Positions 8,342 to 17,895 of a stretch of DNA of 64,000 nt are shown in pieces. Both the position numbers and the translations under genes were made by a program. A model generated the notes under the pieces. It was not told the DNA's origin. It ran no database searches and saw nothing but the letters and a program-made list of their open reading frames with translations. How positions within the stretch are numbered: position 1 is the stretch's first letter; each line of letters opens with the position of its first letter. The DNA comes from Armatimonadota bacterium (GTDB lineage: Bacteria; Armatimonadota; Hebobacteria; CAIYQO01), in NCBI GenBank assembly GCA_029553475.1, contig JAKPKV010000166.1, positions 3,520-67,519 on the forward strand, in the 5' to 3' direction.

Positions 8342-9322
8342 ATGACACGCATCGCCTGTATTGGCGCGGGAGGTATGGCGCGGGTGCGCGGGAAGGCGCT
8401 GCGGGCGGCGGGGGCGGAGATCGTCGCCGTCGCCGCGCGGCACGAGGAGACGGCGCGCGCCTGCGCGGAGGCATTGGGCTGCGACAGGTGGACGGATGAG
8501 TACCGCCTGGTGCTGGACGCGCGGCCTGACGCCGTGCTGGTGGAGGTGCCGCACGCCGCGCAGCAGGGGATCGTGGCCTGGGCGCTGGCGCGGGGGCTGC
8601 ACGTCTTCATCGGCGGCGCGCTGGCGGGGTCGGCCGCCGAGGGGGAGGAGATTCGCGCGCTGGCCGCGCGGCGGGGTCTGGTGGTGGAGGCCGGCTACCA
8701 GGCGCGCTACCAGGATCTGTTCGAGACGGCGAAGGTGATGCTGCGGGCGGGCGCGCTGGGCGAGCTCGTGGCGGTGCGCAGCATCGCGCTGTGGGGCGGC
8801 GACCCGGCGACGTGGTACTACGATCAGGCGATGAGCGGCGGCATGCCCCTCACGCACATGACTTACGCCTTCATCAACCCCGTGCGCTGGCTGCTGGACG
8901 CCGACCCGCGCTGCGTCTCCGCCTTCGCCAACCGGAAAAAGCACACCGCGCCGCACCTCATCGCCGAGGAAACCTGCGTGGCGACCCTGCTGTTCCCCGC
9001 GGATGTGCCGTACACCCTCACCGCCGGCTTCGTGAAGCCGGACGCGCTGCCGGCGTGGAGCATCACCCTCATCGGCACCGCGGGCGCGCTGGAGCTCTTC
9101 CCCGACGACATGGAGCCCGGCCGCTATACCGCGTACCTCGGCGGGGAGCCGCGGACGGTCCCATGCGCCAGCGACGGCTTCACCGCGCAGGCCGCCGCCT
9201 TCCTCGCCGCCATGCGCGGGGAGGAGGCCTGCCGCAACGCCCCGGAAGCGACCCTCGGCGACCTGCGGGTCGCCGAGGCGATTGTCGAATCGGCGCGGAC
9301 GACGCGGACGATCGCGTTATAA
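8342..9322 (+). CDS. Gfo/Idh/MocA-family NAD(P)-dependent oxidoreductase
   Basis: N-terminal MTRIACIGAGGMARVRGKAL Rossmann motif and EVPHAAQQGIVAWALARGLHVF motif typical of the family. Confidence 0.8.
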   Translation: MTRIACIGAGGMARVRGKALRAAGAEIVAVAARHEETARACAEALGCDRWTDEYRLVLDARPDAVLVEVPHAAQQGIVAWALARGLHVFIGGALAGSAAEGEEIRALAARRGLVVEAGYQARYQDLFETAKVMLRAGALGELVAVRSIALWGGDPATWYYDQAMSGGMPLTHMTYAFINPVRWLLDADPRCVSAFANRKKHTAPHLIAEETCVATLLFPADVPYTLTAGFVKPDALPAWSITLIGTAGALELFPDDMEPGRYTAYLGGEPRTVPCASDGFTAQAAAFLAAMRGEEACRNAPEATLGDLRVAEAIVESARTTRTIAL

Positions 9323-9478
9323 GTCAGGTTCCCGATAAAATCGGAACGCACACTCGGTCCCGCCGGGACTGACTGCGCATGGCCGGATGCGCACCCGGTG
9401 GCATCGCTGCCGCCCCGTGTCGGGCGCCATCCAGCCATGCCATGCGGAGTCTGTCCCTTCCGCGCCGGCGCCGCCGGG

Positions 9479-10093
9479 CTAATTCCGCCCGCCGCCGCCG
9501 GCATTCCCGCCGGGGCCGCGCCCGCCGCCGCCCTGGAACGTCGGCTGCACGGGCTGCAACTGCGCGGGGAGGGGCTGGCGGGTGAGCTTGCCGTCGGTGA
9601 TCTCCACCGAGAGGATGTCTTTCGACCGCAGCAGGTAGAGGGTGGTATTGACCAGCAGGTAGCCGGGCGCCGGCTCCTGGCGCACGCCGCGCTGGTTGGG
9701 GTCCGCCGTCTCCGCCGGGTCCTTCAGGTTGGCCGTCGCCTCCACCTTCAGCGTGTCCTGGTTGATGCGGGCGAAGATGTCGCCGGTGACGAGGAGCAGG
9801 TCGCCGTCCTTCACCAGCAGAATGGCGGGGGCGTTGCGCTTCGCCACCTCGGCGTAATACTGCTGGAACGCCTCGCGGGCGGCGCCCTGGGCGGGCGGCT
9901 CCGGCAGCGCGCCGTAAATCTGCATCACCTTCTCCACCTTCAGCGTGGCGGGCGCGATGCGCGCCAGCACGCCGGAGCGCAGGGCGAAGATGCCCTTCGG
10001 CGTGTTCACCATCAGCGCGCCGCCGTTCGGCGCCACCTGGGCGAACAGCGCGCCGCCCAGCAGCAGGATCACGAACAGGACGAACGTTTTCAT
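9479..10093 (-). CDS. hypothetical exported protein (signal peptide, Gly-rich C-terminus) at the distal end of the secretin operon
   Basis: MKTFVLFVILLLGGALFAQVA signal peptide; long ORF with coding-like composition; C-terminal GGGGRGPGGNAGGGGRN. Confidence 0.6.
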   Translation of the reverse strand: MKTFVLFVILLLGGALFAQVAPNGGALMVNTPKGIFALRSGVLARIAPATLKVEKVMQIYGALPEPPAQGAAREAFQQYYAEVAKRNAPAILLVKDGDLLLVTGDIFARINQDTLKVEATANLKDPAETADPNQRGVRQEPAPGYLLVNTTLYLLRSKDILSVEITDGKLTRQPLPAQLQPVQPTFQGGGGRGPGGNAGGGGRN

Positions 10094-10148
10094 CAGGTAC
10101 CTCTCTTTCTCTGATTGCGCGGGTCTTTCTCTGATCGCGCGGGCCCGG

Positions 10149-12503
10149 TTATGGCTTCTCCGCCTCCGCCGCCGGCGCGTTCGGGGGCGCCGGCGCCGCG
10201 GGCGTATCGGACAGCTTGGCGCGCTCCTGCTCGGTAATCGCCGTCACGCTCTCCTCGTCGCGCAGGATATGCGGGGTGAGGAAGACCATCAGCTCGCTCT
10301 GCTGCGCCTTGTTCGCGCGCGACTTGAACAGCCCGCCGAGCAGGGGGAGTTTTGACAGCACCGGCACGCCGGAGTTGACGTTCTCGGTGTTCTGCTTGAT
10401 GATGCCGCCGATGACGATGGTCTGCCCGTCATTCACCATCACCGTCGTCTTCGCCTGGCGGTTGGCGATGATCGGCGCGTTCATTTCCACCTCGCGCCCG
10501 ATCAGCTCGTTGATCGTCTGCTGCACGTCCAGGCTGATCATGTTGCTGTTCTGGCTGATGCGCGGGGTGACGTTCAGCGAGATGGAGACGTTCTTGAACT
10601 CCACCGTCTGGCGCAGGTTGCCGTTGCTCGTCTGCTCTGACGAGGAGACGAAGGGCACGTCCTGCCCGATGCTGATCGTCGCCGGCACGTTATCGGCGGT
10701 GGTGATGCTCGGCGTGGAGTAGACCTTCACGTTGGAGCGCGTGGTGAGCGCGTGCAGCAGCGACTGCAGGTTGGCGCTGATGACGCTGTATTTCATCCCC
10801 AGCTTCTCCTCGGCCAGACTGAAGGCGGTCTTCACGTCGTGCTTCGTCGGGTCATGGTTCACCCCGTGCGGGTCGTTCGCCCAGTTCCACTCCACGCCGA
10901 ACTTCGTCGAGTCATCCAGCGTCACGTCCACGATGGCCACCTGGATGAAGACCTGCGGCGTGCGCCGGTCAAGCTGTTCGATGATGCTCTCCACCATGGA
11001 GAAGGACTGCGGCGGGCCGGTGACGAGCAGCGTATTGGTCTTATCGTCCGCCACCACGGTAATGCGGCGCAGCGAGGCGATGGGATCGCCGCTGTTGGCG
11101 TTGGCGCTGCCCATGACCACATCCCAAAAATTCATGCGCGAGCCGCTGCCGCGGAAGAGCGACATCATCGTCTGCGAGACGGTGGACGCCTTGGCGAACT
11201 TGAGCTGGAAAGTGCGGGTGACGTCGCTGAGCACGTTCGGCGCGTCGAGCTCCTCGATGAGTTTGTCGAACTCGCGCAGGTTCTGCTCGGTGGCGGTGGC
11301 GACCACGGCGTTCGTGCGCACGTCGGCGACGACGACGTTCTGCTTCAGGCCGGCGTATTCGGTGGCGGTCAACTGCCGCTGCTGCGTGGACGTCCACGGG
11401 TTGCGCGACGGAAGGCCCCCCTGCGGCTGCTGGAAGAGCGTGTTCAACTGGCTGGCCACATTGGTGGCGTCGGCATACTGCAGCCGGTAGGTTTTCGTGC
11501 GGACTTCCGGCGTGGTGTTGATGTCCAGCTTGCTGATCAGCCCGATCACCATCTTGATCCGCTCTTTCGAGGCGGAGATGATGATGGCGTTCGTGCGCTC
11601 ATCGGCGGAGAGTTTCAACTCGCCGCGCAGGCTCAGCACGCCGTCGTCCGTCGCCACCCGCGGCTGTCCCGGCTGGTTCGGCTGATTCGGCTGGTTGGGT
11701 TGCCCCGGCCGCGGCTGCACCGTCGGCGTCGCCGCGCCGAAGACCTTTTCCAGCGAGGTGATGAGCACCCTCGCGCTGGCGTACTGGCACAGGTAGACCT
11801 CCACGTCCAGCACGTCGGACGTGTCCTTGTCGAGCAGGCTGATGATCTGCATCAACCGGCGCACGTTGCCTTCGGTATCGGTGACGATGAGCGTATTGCT
11901 GCTGCTCACCGCCAGCAGGTTCGCCTGGTCGTCCGCCACCAGCGGCTTCAATTCCGCCTGCAGCTTGGCCGCGCTGATGTAGGTCACCGGGATCACCTGG
12001 GTGACGATCATGTCGCTGTCGCCCAGCGTCGCCGGATCGGCGCCCATCTGCACCGTCGCCTTGTCGGCGATGGATTTCTTCAACGGCACCACGCGGATGA
12101 GCTTGTCCTTCAGCGTGCCGACCATGGTGTAGCCGCGCACGCGCAGGGCGGCGTTGATCACCTCATAGGCCAGCGGCAGCTTCACCTTGTGCATGCTGGT
12201 GATCGTCACGGTGCCTTTCACGTCGGCGTCCATCACGATGGGGATGCCGCTCGCCATGCTCAAGAAGTTGAGCACGTTGGCGAGATCCGCCTTGGTGAAG
12301 GCGATGGACACCTCCACGGTCTCCGGGTCGGCGGGGATGGGCGGCGCCGCCGGCGCCGGGGCCCCGCCCGGCGCGGCGAACGGCACCTCGATCTGCTCCG
12401 GCGCGTCCCCCGCCGGCGCGGCGCCCTGCCCCCAGGCCACCAGCGCGGAGACCCCCACGAATAGAACTACGATCACCAGCGTGAGCTGCAAACGTTTCAT
12501 CAC
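10149..12503 (-). CDS. gspD: type II secretion system secretin GspD (secretin family; PilQ-like)
   Basis: Signal peptide; repeated N-domains; C-terminal secretin domain ...VIANRQAKTTVMVNDGQTIVIGGIIKQNTENVNSGVPVLSKLPLLGGLFKSRANKAQQSELMVFLTPHIL. Confidence 0.9.
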   Translation of the reverse strand: MMKRLQLTLVIVVLFVGVSALVAWGQGAAPAGDAPEQIEVPFAAPGGAPAPAAPPIPADPETVEVSIAFTKADLANVLNFLSMASGIPIVMDADVKGTVTITSMHKVKLPLAYEVINAALRVRGYTMVGTLKDKLIRVVPLKKSIADKATVQMGADPATLGDSDMIVTQVIPVTYISAAKLQAELKPLVADDQANLLAVSSSNTLIVTDTEGNVRRLMQIISLLDKDTSDVLDVEVYLCQYASARVLITSLEKVFGAATPTVQPRPGQPNQPNQPNQPGQPRVATDDGVLSLRGELKLSADERTNAIIISASKERIKMVIGLISKLDINTTPEVRTKTYRLQYADATNVASQLNTLFQQPQGGLPSRNPWTSTQQRQLTATEYAGLKQNVVVADVRTNAVVATATEQNLREFDKLIEELDAPNVLSDVTRTFQLKFAKASTVSQTMMSLFRGSGSRMNFWDVVMGSANANSGDPIASLRRITVVADDKTNTLLVTGPPQSFSMVESIIEQLDRRTPQVFIQVAIVDVTLDDSTKFGVEWNWANDPHGVNHDPTKHDVKTAFSLAEEKLGMKYSVISANLQSLLHALTTRSNVKVYSTPSITTADNVPATISIGQDVPFVSSSEQTSNGNLRQTVEFKNVSISLNVTPRISQNSNMISLDVQQTINELIGREVEMNAPIIANRQAKTTVMVNDGQTIVIGGIIKQNTENVNSGVPVLSKLPLLGGLFKSRANKAQQSELMVFLTPHILRDEESVTAITEQERAKLSDTPAAPAPPNAPAAEAEKP

Positions 12504-13258
12504 AGTGTCCCTTCCTGCGCGCCGCGCGCGCGCCCGCGCCCGCGGAAATCACGGGTTGGCTGCCCATTATCTATCGCCGACGGTCGGCCACCCGGCGGCG
12601 GGGCGGTATTCGCCGGCTGCGCCGCCGGCGGGTTGGGCTGGGCCGGCGCGTCAGTCTTCGGCGGCGTGGTGGCTTCTTCCACTTTATTCGCCCCCAGATT
12701 CAGCGTGACAGTGTGGCCGTGCGCCTCCAGCGTCACCACCTCCGGCTGAATGGTTTTCAGCGTGTAACCATAGACCATGCTGCCCACGCGCGCGTATTCG
12801 GCCAGCTTCGTCTCCAGGTTCTCGATCAGCGCGTACGCCTCGTCGCCGATCTCCACGTTGCCGGTATAGGCCAGGGTCGGCCGCGGCGCGGCCGGCGGCG
12901 GGGCGACCGGCGGCGGCGTCACCGGCGTGATCTGGAAGGGCACGTCCGGCACGGGCGGCGGCACGTCGGCTTGGGCGGGGATTATCGGCTTGCTGGCGGC
13001 ACCGCGCGCGCGAAAAAGGTTGCGCTGCACGATGATGCCGTCATCGGCCGTGTCCCCGCCCGCCGTCTCCGGGGCGGCGGGCGTCGTCGCCCGCGGGCGC
13101 CCGGCGCGCTCTGCCGCGAAATCCTCGCCGGCGGAGCCGGAGAGGATCCTCACCACGGCGAAGATGACGCCCCCCGACAGCGCGAGCACGACGAGGATGG
13201 CGATGAGCGCCATGCGCGGCGAGACGTCCCGTGAGGTCATGGATGCAGCGGTGCTCAT
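12500..13258 (-). CDS. GspC/PilP-like secretin-interacting membrane protein (TM helix, Pro-rich linker, C-terminal beta domain)
   Basis: Start ATG overlaps the upstream pilO-like stop (ATGA); MALIAILVVLALSGGVIFAVV TM segment; PPPVPDVPFQITPVTPPPVAPPPAAP linker; sits between pilO and the secretin. Confidence 0.55.
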   Translation of the reverse strand: MSTAASMTSRDVSPRMALIAILVVLALSGGVIFAVVRILSGSAGEDFAAERAGRPRATTPAAPETAGGDTADDGIIVQRNLFRARGAASKPIIPAQADVPPPVPDVPFQITPVTPPPVAPPPAAPRPTLAYTGNVEIGDEAYALIENLETKLAEYARVGSMVYGYTLKTIQPEVVTLEAHGHTVTLNLGANKVEEATTPPKTDAPAQPNPPAAQPANTAPPPGGRPSAIDNGQPTRDFRGRGRARGAQEGTL

Positions 13259-13809
13259 GGCTTCCCTCCCGACGTGCGGCCATCCGCCATCACGTAGCTG
13301 GACAGCGTCAATTCCACGCGCAGCGGATCGCCCGGTTGCTCGCCTGGGCGTATCGTCACCTGGTCCACCGCCAGCAGCGGCGTCGCCTCCCGCGCGCGCC
13401 GCAGCAGCGTCGTCAGCGCGGAGAGCGTGGCGGTCACTTTCAGGCGCAGCGGGAAGCGCGTCACGCCCGCGCGCGTCACCGGCGGCGCGGGCTGCATCGT
13501 CGCCACCGCGGCGCCGCAGGATTCCGCCAGCGCCCCCACCTGGGTCATCGTCGCCGGCAGGTGCTCGCTCCACGACCAGGTTTGGGCGCGCGCGGGGATG
13601 CGCGCGACGAGCGCCTCGCGTCCCTCCAGCGCCGCCGCGCGCTGCCGCGCGTCGCGCGTCGCGCGGGCGATCGCGTCGCGCGCCGTCGCGTCGGCGCGGG
13701 CGATATCCCCCGCGGCCCAGTACTGGTATCCCAGCAGCGCCGCCAGCGCGAGCACCAGCACGACCGCGGTGCCCACCATCCGGCGCATGCGCGTCAGTGC
13801 TGTCGTCAT
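13255..13809 (-). CDS. PilO/GspM-like pilus/secretion assembly protein
   Basis: Single N-terminal TM (VGTAVVLVLALAALLGY) followed by a coiled-coil-like segment; position after pilM/N; translationally coupled on both sides. Confidence 0.6.
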   Translation of the reverse strand: MTTALTRMRRMVGTAVVLVLALAALLGYQYWAAGDIARADATARDAIARATRDARQRAAALEGREALVARIPARAQTWSWSEHLPATMTQVGALAESCGAAVATMQPAPPVTRAGVTRFPLRLKVTATLSALTTLLRRAREATPLLAVDQVTIRPGEQPGDPLRVELTLSSYVMADGRTSGGKP

Positions 13810-15215
13810 CGGCGTCCCTCCGCCACCCGGCCTGGCGCGCGCGTCACCGTCGGGTCCTCGGCGACCGCCAGCAGGCAGGTCAGTTGAAAGGTATATCCCT
13901 TGCCGTCGCTGTCGGCCGTGGTGGCGTCGAGCATGGCGCGCGTGACGCCGCTCACCGCGCCCAGCGCGCGCACCGCGTCGGCAACGGTGGCGGACGTATC
14001 GGCATGCCCTTTCAGCGTCAGCACGCCCTTGCCGCGGTCATAGGAGAAGTCGGAGAGCGTCACCGGTTCCGGCAAGGTCGCGCTCAGCGCGCGCAGCAGC
14101 TCCAGCGGACGGCTCGCGGGCGCGGCCAGCGCCTCGGTGACCTGTTGCGCGGCGAGCAGCCCGCCGCCCGGCGATGGGGGCACCGCGCGCTGCGCCGCCA
14201 GCGCCTCCGCTTCCACGCGCCGCAGCGCCGCGCGTGACGCCGCCAGCCGCTGGTGCCCCTGATAGGCGAAGGTCGCCAGCACGACGGCGATGAGCAGCAG
14301 CGCGGCCAGCGCCCACGCCAGCCGCGCCCGCTCGGCGCGCGTCCGCGTCACCCGCGCCGGCAGCAGGTTCAATCCTGCCGCCCCCCGCGCCGCCAACGCC
14401 AGGCCGATGGCCGTCGTGAAGGCGCCGGGCGGATCAGGCAGCTCCTGTTGAAAGCCGTGCGGGTCGCGCACGGCCTGCCAGGGGGTGGCGCGATGCACCG
14501 GGATGCCGAGGGCGTCAGTCAACGCCTCCGCGCCGGCCTCCGCTCCGGCCAGCAGCGCCTGTGCCGGCCCCGCGGCGCCCGTCAGCCAGGGACGCGCTTC
14601 ACGGGCGATGCGCGCCGCCCAGCCGTCGGTCGCCGGCGCGCCGGCGAGCACGCTGCGGCAGTTCAGCAGGCGGTCGCCGTCATACAGGCAGAGGTCGCTC
14701 CACTTCGCCCCCGCCATCACCAGCAGGTGCGGCCCGTCCGGGTGGCGCACCGCCCCGGCGGCGGCCAGCGGCGCCGGCAGCAGCAGGGCGCAGGCGCGCC
14801 CGGATTCCCGCGCCAGCAGCAGCCGCTCCTCCACCGCCGTGCCGCGCGCGCCGGCGATGACGGCGTGCGGACGCCCGTCCGGCCCCGGCGTCAGCGCGTA
14901 ATGCCACGCCATCTCCGGCAGCGGCAGGGGAAACTGCGTTTCCGCCTCAAAGCGCACCACCCGCGCCAGCTCGGCCGGCGCCGCCGGCGGCAGGCTGGCG
15001 GTTTTCACCGCGCAATCTGACCCCGGCAGGCTCATGGCGAGGCGCGCGGCGCCCACCCGCGTCTCGCGGAAAAAGCCGGCCAACACCTCGCGCGCGGATG
15101 CGCCCTCCAGCGGCAGATACGCCGCCAGCGTCACCGCGCCGTCGCGCCGCACTTCCACGATGCGTATCGCATCGTCGCCGATATCCACGCCCAGCGTGCC
15201 GTTGCGTCCCACCAT
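13806..15215 (-). CDS. PilM (actin-like ATPase fold) fused to PilN
   Basis: N-terminal VGRNGTLGVDIGDDAIRIVEV (PilM/FtsA-like); C-terminal LNLLPARVTRTRAERARLAWALAALLLIAVV (PilN TM motif). ATG at 15213-15215; the 37 codons upstream in the track ORF run into the repeat element and are not coding. Confidence 0.8.
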   Translation of the reverse strand: MVGRNGTLGVDIGDDAIRIVEVRRDGAVTLAAYLPLEGASAREVLAGFFRETRVGAARLAMSLPGSDCAVKTASLPPAAPAELARVVRFEAETQFPLPLPEMAWHYALTPGPDGRPHAVIAGARGTAVEERLLLARESGRACALLLPAPLAAAGAVRHPDGPHLLVMAGAKWSDLCLYDGDRLLNCRSVLAGAPATDGWAARIAREARPWLTGAAGPAQALLAGAEAGAEALTDALGIPVHRATPWQAVRDPHGFQQELPDPPGAFTTAIGLALAARGAAGLNLLPARVTRTRAERARLAWALAALLLIAVVLATFAYQGHQRLAASRAALRRVEAEALAAQRAVPPSPGGGLLAAQQVTEALAAPASRPLELLRALSATLPEPVTLSDFSYDRGKGVLTLKGHADTSATVADAVRALGAVSGVTRAMLDATTADSDGKGYTFQLTCLLAVAEDPTVTRAPGRVAEGRR

Positions 15216-15282
15216 ACACGTCCTCGATCCTGACTGTTGTCGGGGGGCACCTCTCCCCCCGGCCCCATACGCGTCATCATCG

Positions 15283-15411
15283 CGCGTCAGCGCTCTTTTC
15301 GTACTCGTGCTCGTGCTCGAAATCAAATACGTGCGGACAGGATGTCCGCGCTCCTCATGAGTACGAGTACGACTACGAAGGATACGCGAACCCTATCGTG
15401 ACGCATATGCC
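15283..15411. repeat. dispersed ~130-bp repeat element, copy R, inverted relative to copy L at 8146-8308
   Basis: Reverse complement aligns with 8146-8308, including the palindrome CGTGCGGACAGGATGTCCGCGCTCC, the GAGYAC hexamers (fewer copies) and both ends. Confidence 0.85.
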
Positions 15412-15534
15412 CCCCAACTCCCTCCCCTGAGCGGGGAGGGGGAGGGAGCGGAAATATGATTCCGGTATAAATTTTCTACCCAGGTGCTCCCCCTCCCCAT
15501 TCAGCGAGGGGGTTGGGGGGAGAGGTGAAGCTCG
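15411..15534. repeat. cluster of GC-rich stem-loop repeats (CCCTCCCC-loop-GGGGAGGG; GGGGGTTGGGGGGAG motif)
   Basis: Hairpins ccctcccctgagcggggaggg and ctccccctcccc...gaggggggttggggggagag; same motif family as 20124-20251 and 41810-41940. Confidence 0.8.
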
Positions 15535-16713
15535 TCACGACTCCCGCCAATACATTGTCCGCGTCGTCCAGTCGCTCCCGTTCTGCTCCAGGCCCAGCAC
15601 GCAGGTCACCGTCGCCTGCACCCCGTCGGCGTCCTGGCCGGTGGAGCGCACGGTGAAGACGCGGGAGCGCGTGGTGAGCAGCTCCGCCACCTGGCGGAAG
15701 CGCTCGACGCTCATCCCTTCATCGTCCAGCAGCTCGCCCAGGCTCGCATACGGCCCGGTCGTCTCCCGCCGCTGCACGATGGCGTCGGCGGCGGCCTCGT
15801 CCATGTCGGGCAGGGCCATCAGCACCGCTTTCGGCGCGGTATTGATGTTCACCAGCCCTTTCCGGACGCGGTCCGTCGTGGTCGTCACCCGGTCGTAGAT
15901 CGCCGCCACCTTCTCGCGCGACAGGCCGTCCATCTGCAGCAGGTCCGCCGGGCTGCGGAAGGCCGCCGCGCCGCGCTGCGCGATGATGGCGTCAATCTCC
16001 TCTTCCGTCAGCTCTTCGCTGAACGCCTCGGTCAACTCCTCTTTGGAGGCGGTGAAAAGGTTCACCCGCGGCTGGCCGGCCGCGTCGGTGTTCGTGTCCG
16101 ACGACGAGACGGTGAGCAAATCCTCCAGCGTCCGCCCGTCCGCCGTCACCCGCGTGGCGAGCAGCTCGCGAGTGATGCCCTTCACCAGCAGCAGCTCGCG
16201 CACGGTGACGAACGGCGCGTTCCGGCACCGGTACGGCGGCGTCAGCGTCTGGTAGTAATCTGATTCCGCGCCCTGCTCGCCGGGCGTGTCGTCCTCGTCG
16301 CGCCAATCCAGCACGGCGTCCACCACCTCCGCCGGCAGCAGCATGGCCAGCGTCTCCGCCGAGGCGGTGTTCAGGTTGATCTTGCCGGCCTCGTCGTCCA
16401 CCAGCGTCCGGTAGACCGTCATCCCCGCCGCCGCGCCGTCCGCCTCCGCCGGCTCCAGCAACAGGCGGCCGGCCTGCAGCGCGGTATACGGCTGTGCCAT
16501 CTCGCTGATGAGCGCCGCTTCCGCCCGCGCCAGGCCGGCGCGCGCCGCCCAGCGCGCGCGCGTCAACTGCGCGAAATTTCCCGCCGCCTGCGTGTCGCTA
16601 TGCACGGCGGCGGCGAAGCCCGCCACCAGGATGACCAGCACCGCCAGCATCCAGAGCGCCGTGATGAGCGCGATGCCCCGGCGGTTACGGCGTCGCATCG
16701 GCACCCTCCTCAC
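15535..16713 (-). CDS. gspK: type II secretion system minor pseudopilin GspK
   Basis: RRGIALITALWMLAVLVILV N-terminus; two helix-hairpin-helix motifs INLNTASAETLAML and VNINTAPKAVLMAL typical of GspK. Confidence 0.85.
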   Translation of the reverse strand: MRRVPMRRRNRRGIALITALWMLAVLVILVAGFAAAVHSDTQAAGNFAQLTRARWAARAGLARAEAALISEMAQPYTALQAGRLLLEPAEADGAAAGMTVYRTLVDDEAGKINLNTASAETLAMLLPAEVVDAVLDWRDEDDTPGEQGAESDYYQTLTPPYRCRNAPFVTVRELLLVKGITRELLATRVTADGRTLEDLLTVSSSDTNTDAAGQPRVNLFTASKEELTEAFSEELTEEEIDAIIAQRGAAAFRSPADLLQMDGLSREKVAAIYDRVTTTTDRVRKGLVNINTAPKAVLMALPDMDEAAADAIVQRRETTGPYASLGELLDDEGMSVERFRQVAELLTTRSRVFTVRSTGQDADGVQATVTCVLGLEQNGSDWTTRTMYWRES

Positions 16714-17368
16714 CGGCCGTCTCCGCGGTGGCCATGGCGAGATTCGCGGTGGCGGAGAGCACCACCGGCGCGGCGCCGTCCGTATCCGACCGCAGCGTCA
16801 GCTCCACCCGCGCCGCCCGCGGCAGCGTGGCGCCGTCCGGCCATTCCATCAGCCAGTCGCCGTCCGCCGGCAGGTAGCGCACGTTGAAGCCGATCACCCG
16901 CGCGGAGAGCCGCCGCGTCTCCGGCTCCGCCTCCGTCTCCGTCTCCTCGGCTTCCAGGCCGGGCGTGCGGTGCACCTGCACGTACAAGCCCGGCTCCTCG
17001 CCCGCCGCCGCGTCCGCCATGCGGTAGCGCACCTGCTGGAGGTCGCCCGCCGGCGCCTCACCGTCCAGCGCATGCGCGGTGGTGAGGAAGGTCACCTGGT
17101 CGGTCTCATACTCGGCATCCGCCCCGACATTGTCCTCGCCCACGAAACCGGTCGTCTCGCCCGGCTGCGGATAGGCGCTCGCCAGCTCCGCGGTCAGTTG
17201 CGCCAGCAGCACGCGGCCCGTCTGATACACCGCCTGATGCGCCTCCGCCCGCGCCATCGCCGTGGCGGCGGCGCCATAGACGCCATACACGGCGCTGATG
17301 AAGATGAGAAAAATGCCCATCGCCACCAGCATCTCGATCAGCGTGAAGCCGGAATGGCGTCGTGTCAT
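16685..17368 (-). CDS. gspJ: type II secretion system minor pseudopilin GspJ-like
   Basis: Prepilin N-terminus GFTLIEMLVAMGIFLIF; gene order between gspI and gspK; ATGA overlap with gspI. Confidence 0.7.
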   Translation of the reverse strand: MTRRHSGFTLIEMLVAMGIFLIFISAVYGVYGAAATAMARAEAHQAVYQTGRVLLAQLTAELASAYPQPGETTGFVGEDNVGADAEYETDQVTFLTTAHALDGEAPAGDLQQVRYRMADAAAGEEPGLYVQVHRTPGLEAEETETEAEPETRRLSARVIGFNVRYLPADGDWLMEWPDGATLPRAARVELTLRSDTDGAAPVVLSATANLAMATAETAGEEGADATP

Positions 17369-17889
17369 CCGCCCGGCCTCCCCGGCGCGGCGGGGTTTTC
17401 GCCCGCGCCGCCCGCACTGCCCGCGCCGTCATCCGGCGCCGGGCCTTCTCCCCCCCGCTCTTCCTCCGCGACCGGCGGGGCTGGCAGCGGCCGCGGGCGC
17501 AGCGCGGTCTCCAGCGTGTAGCGCCGCAGGCCATGTTCCCAACTCACGGTGACGCGCAGGGGATACAGGCCCTCATCGTCCGCGCTGGCCACCTGCGCCT
17601 CCCAGGCATACCCGGACGCCAGCTCGTCGAAGGCGCCGTGCTCGGCGCCGGGCTCCAGCATCTCCTGCCGCGCATATTCCGCCGCCACCTGCTCCGCCAG
17701 CAGCGCCGCGCGCGAATAGGCCGCGGCGGCCTCGCTGCCGCGCAGGCACGCCGCGGCCGCGCCCACCACGCCGACGATGCCCACCGCCAGCACCGTCATC
17801 GCGACGATGACTTCCAGCAGGGTTAAACCCCGTCGGCGGCGATATGCGGCTGTGCGGCAATCGTTCTTCACACGTGCCCCTGTTCTCAC
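17365..17889 (-). CDS. gspI: type II secretion system minor pseudopilin GspI-like
   Basis: RRRRGLTLLEVIVAMTVLAVG prepilin-type N-terminus; position in operon. Confidence 0.65.
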   Translation of the reverse strand: MRTGARVKNDCRTAAYRRRRGLTLLEVIVAMTVLAVGIVGVVGAAAACLRGSEAAAAYSRAALLAEQVAAEYARQEMLEPGAEHGAFDELASGYAWEAQVASADDEGLYPLRVTVSWEHGLRRYTLETALRPRPLPAPPVAEEERGGEGPAPDDGAGSAGGAGENPAAPGRPGG

Positions 17890-17895
17890 TGATGG

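Noticed and set aside
8076-8474. ORFs translating to LVLVLVLV / EYEHEYEHEYE across 8136-8474 and 15034-15430
   Set aside because: Produced by the GAGYAC hexamer array inside a dispersed repeat element present in both orientations; not conserved as protein
8146-15411. Composite transposon or invertible cassette bounded by the inverted repeat copies
   Set aside because: No transposase, integrase or invertase gene inside or adjacent; the contents are core secretion genes in operon order; kept only as a repeat-mediated-rearrangement possibility
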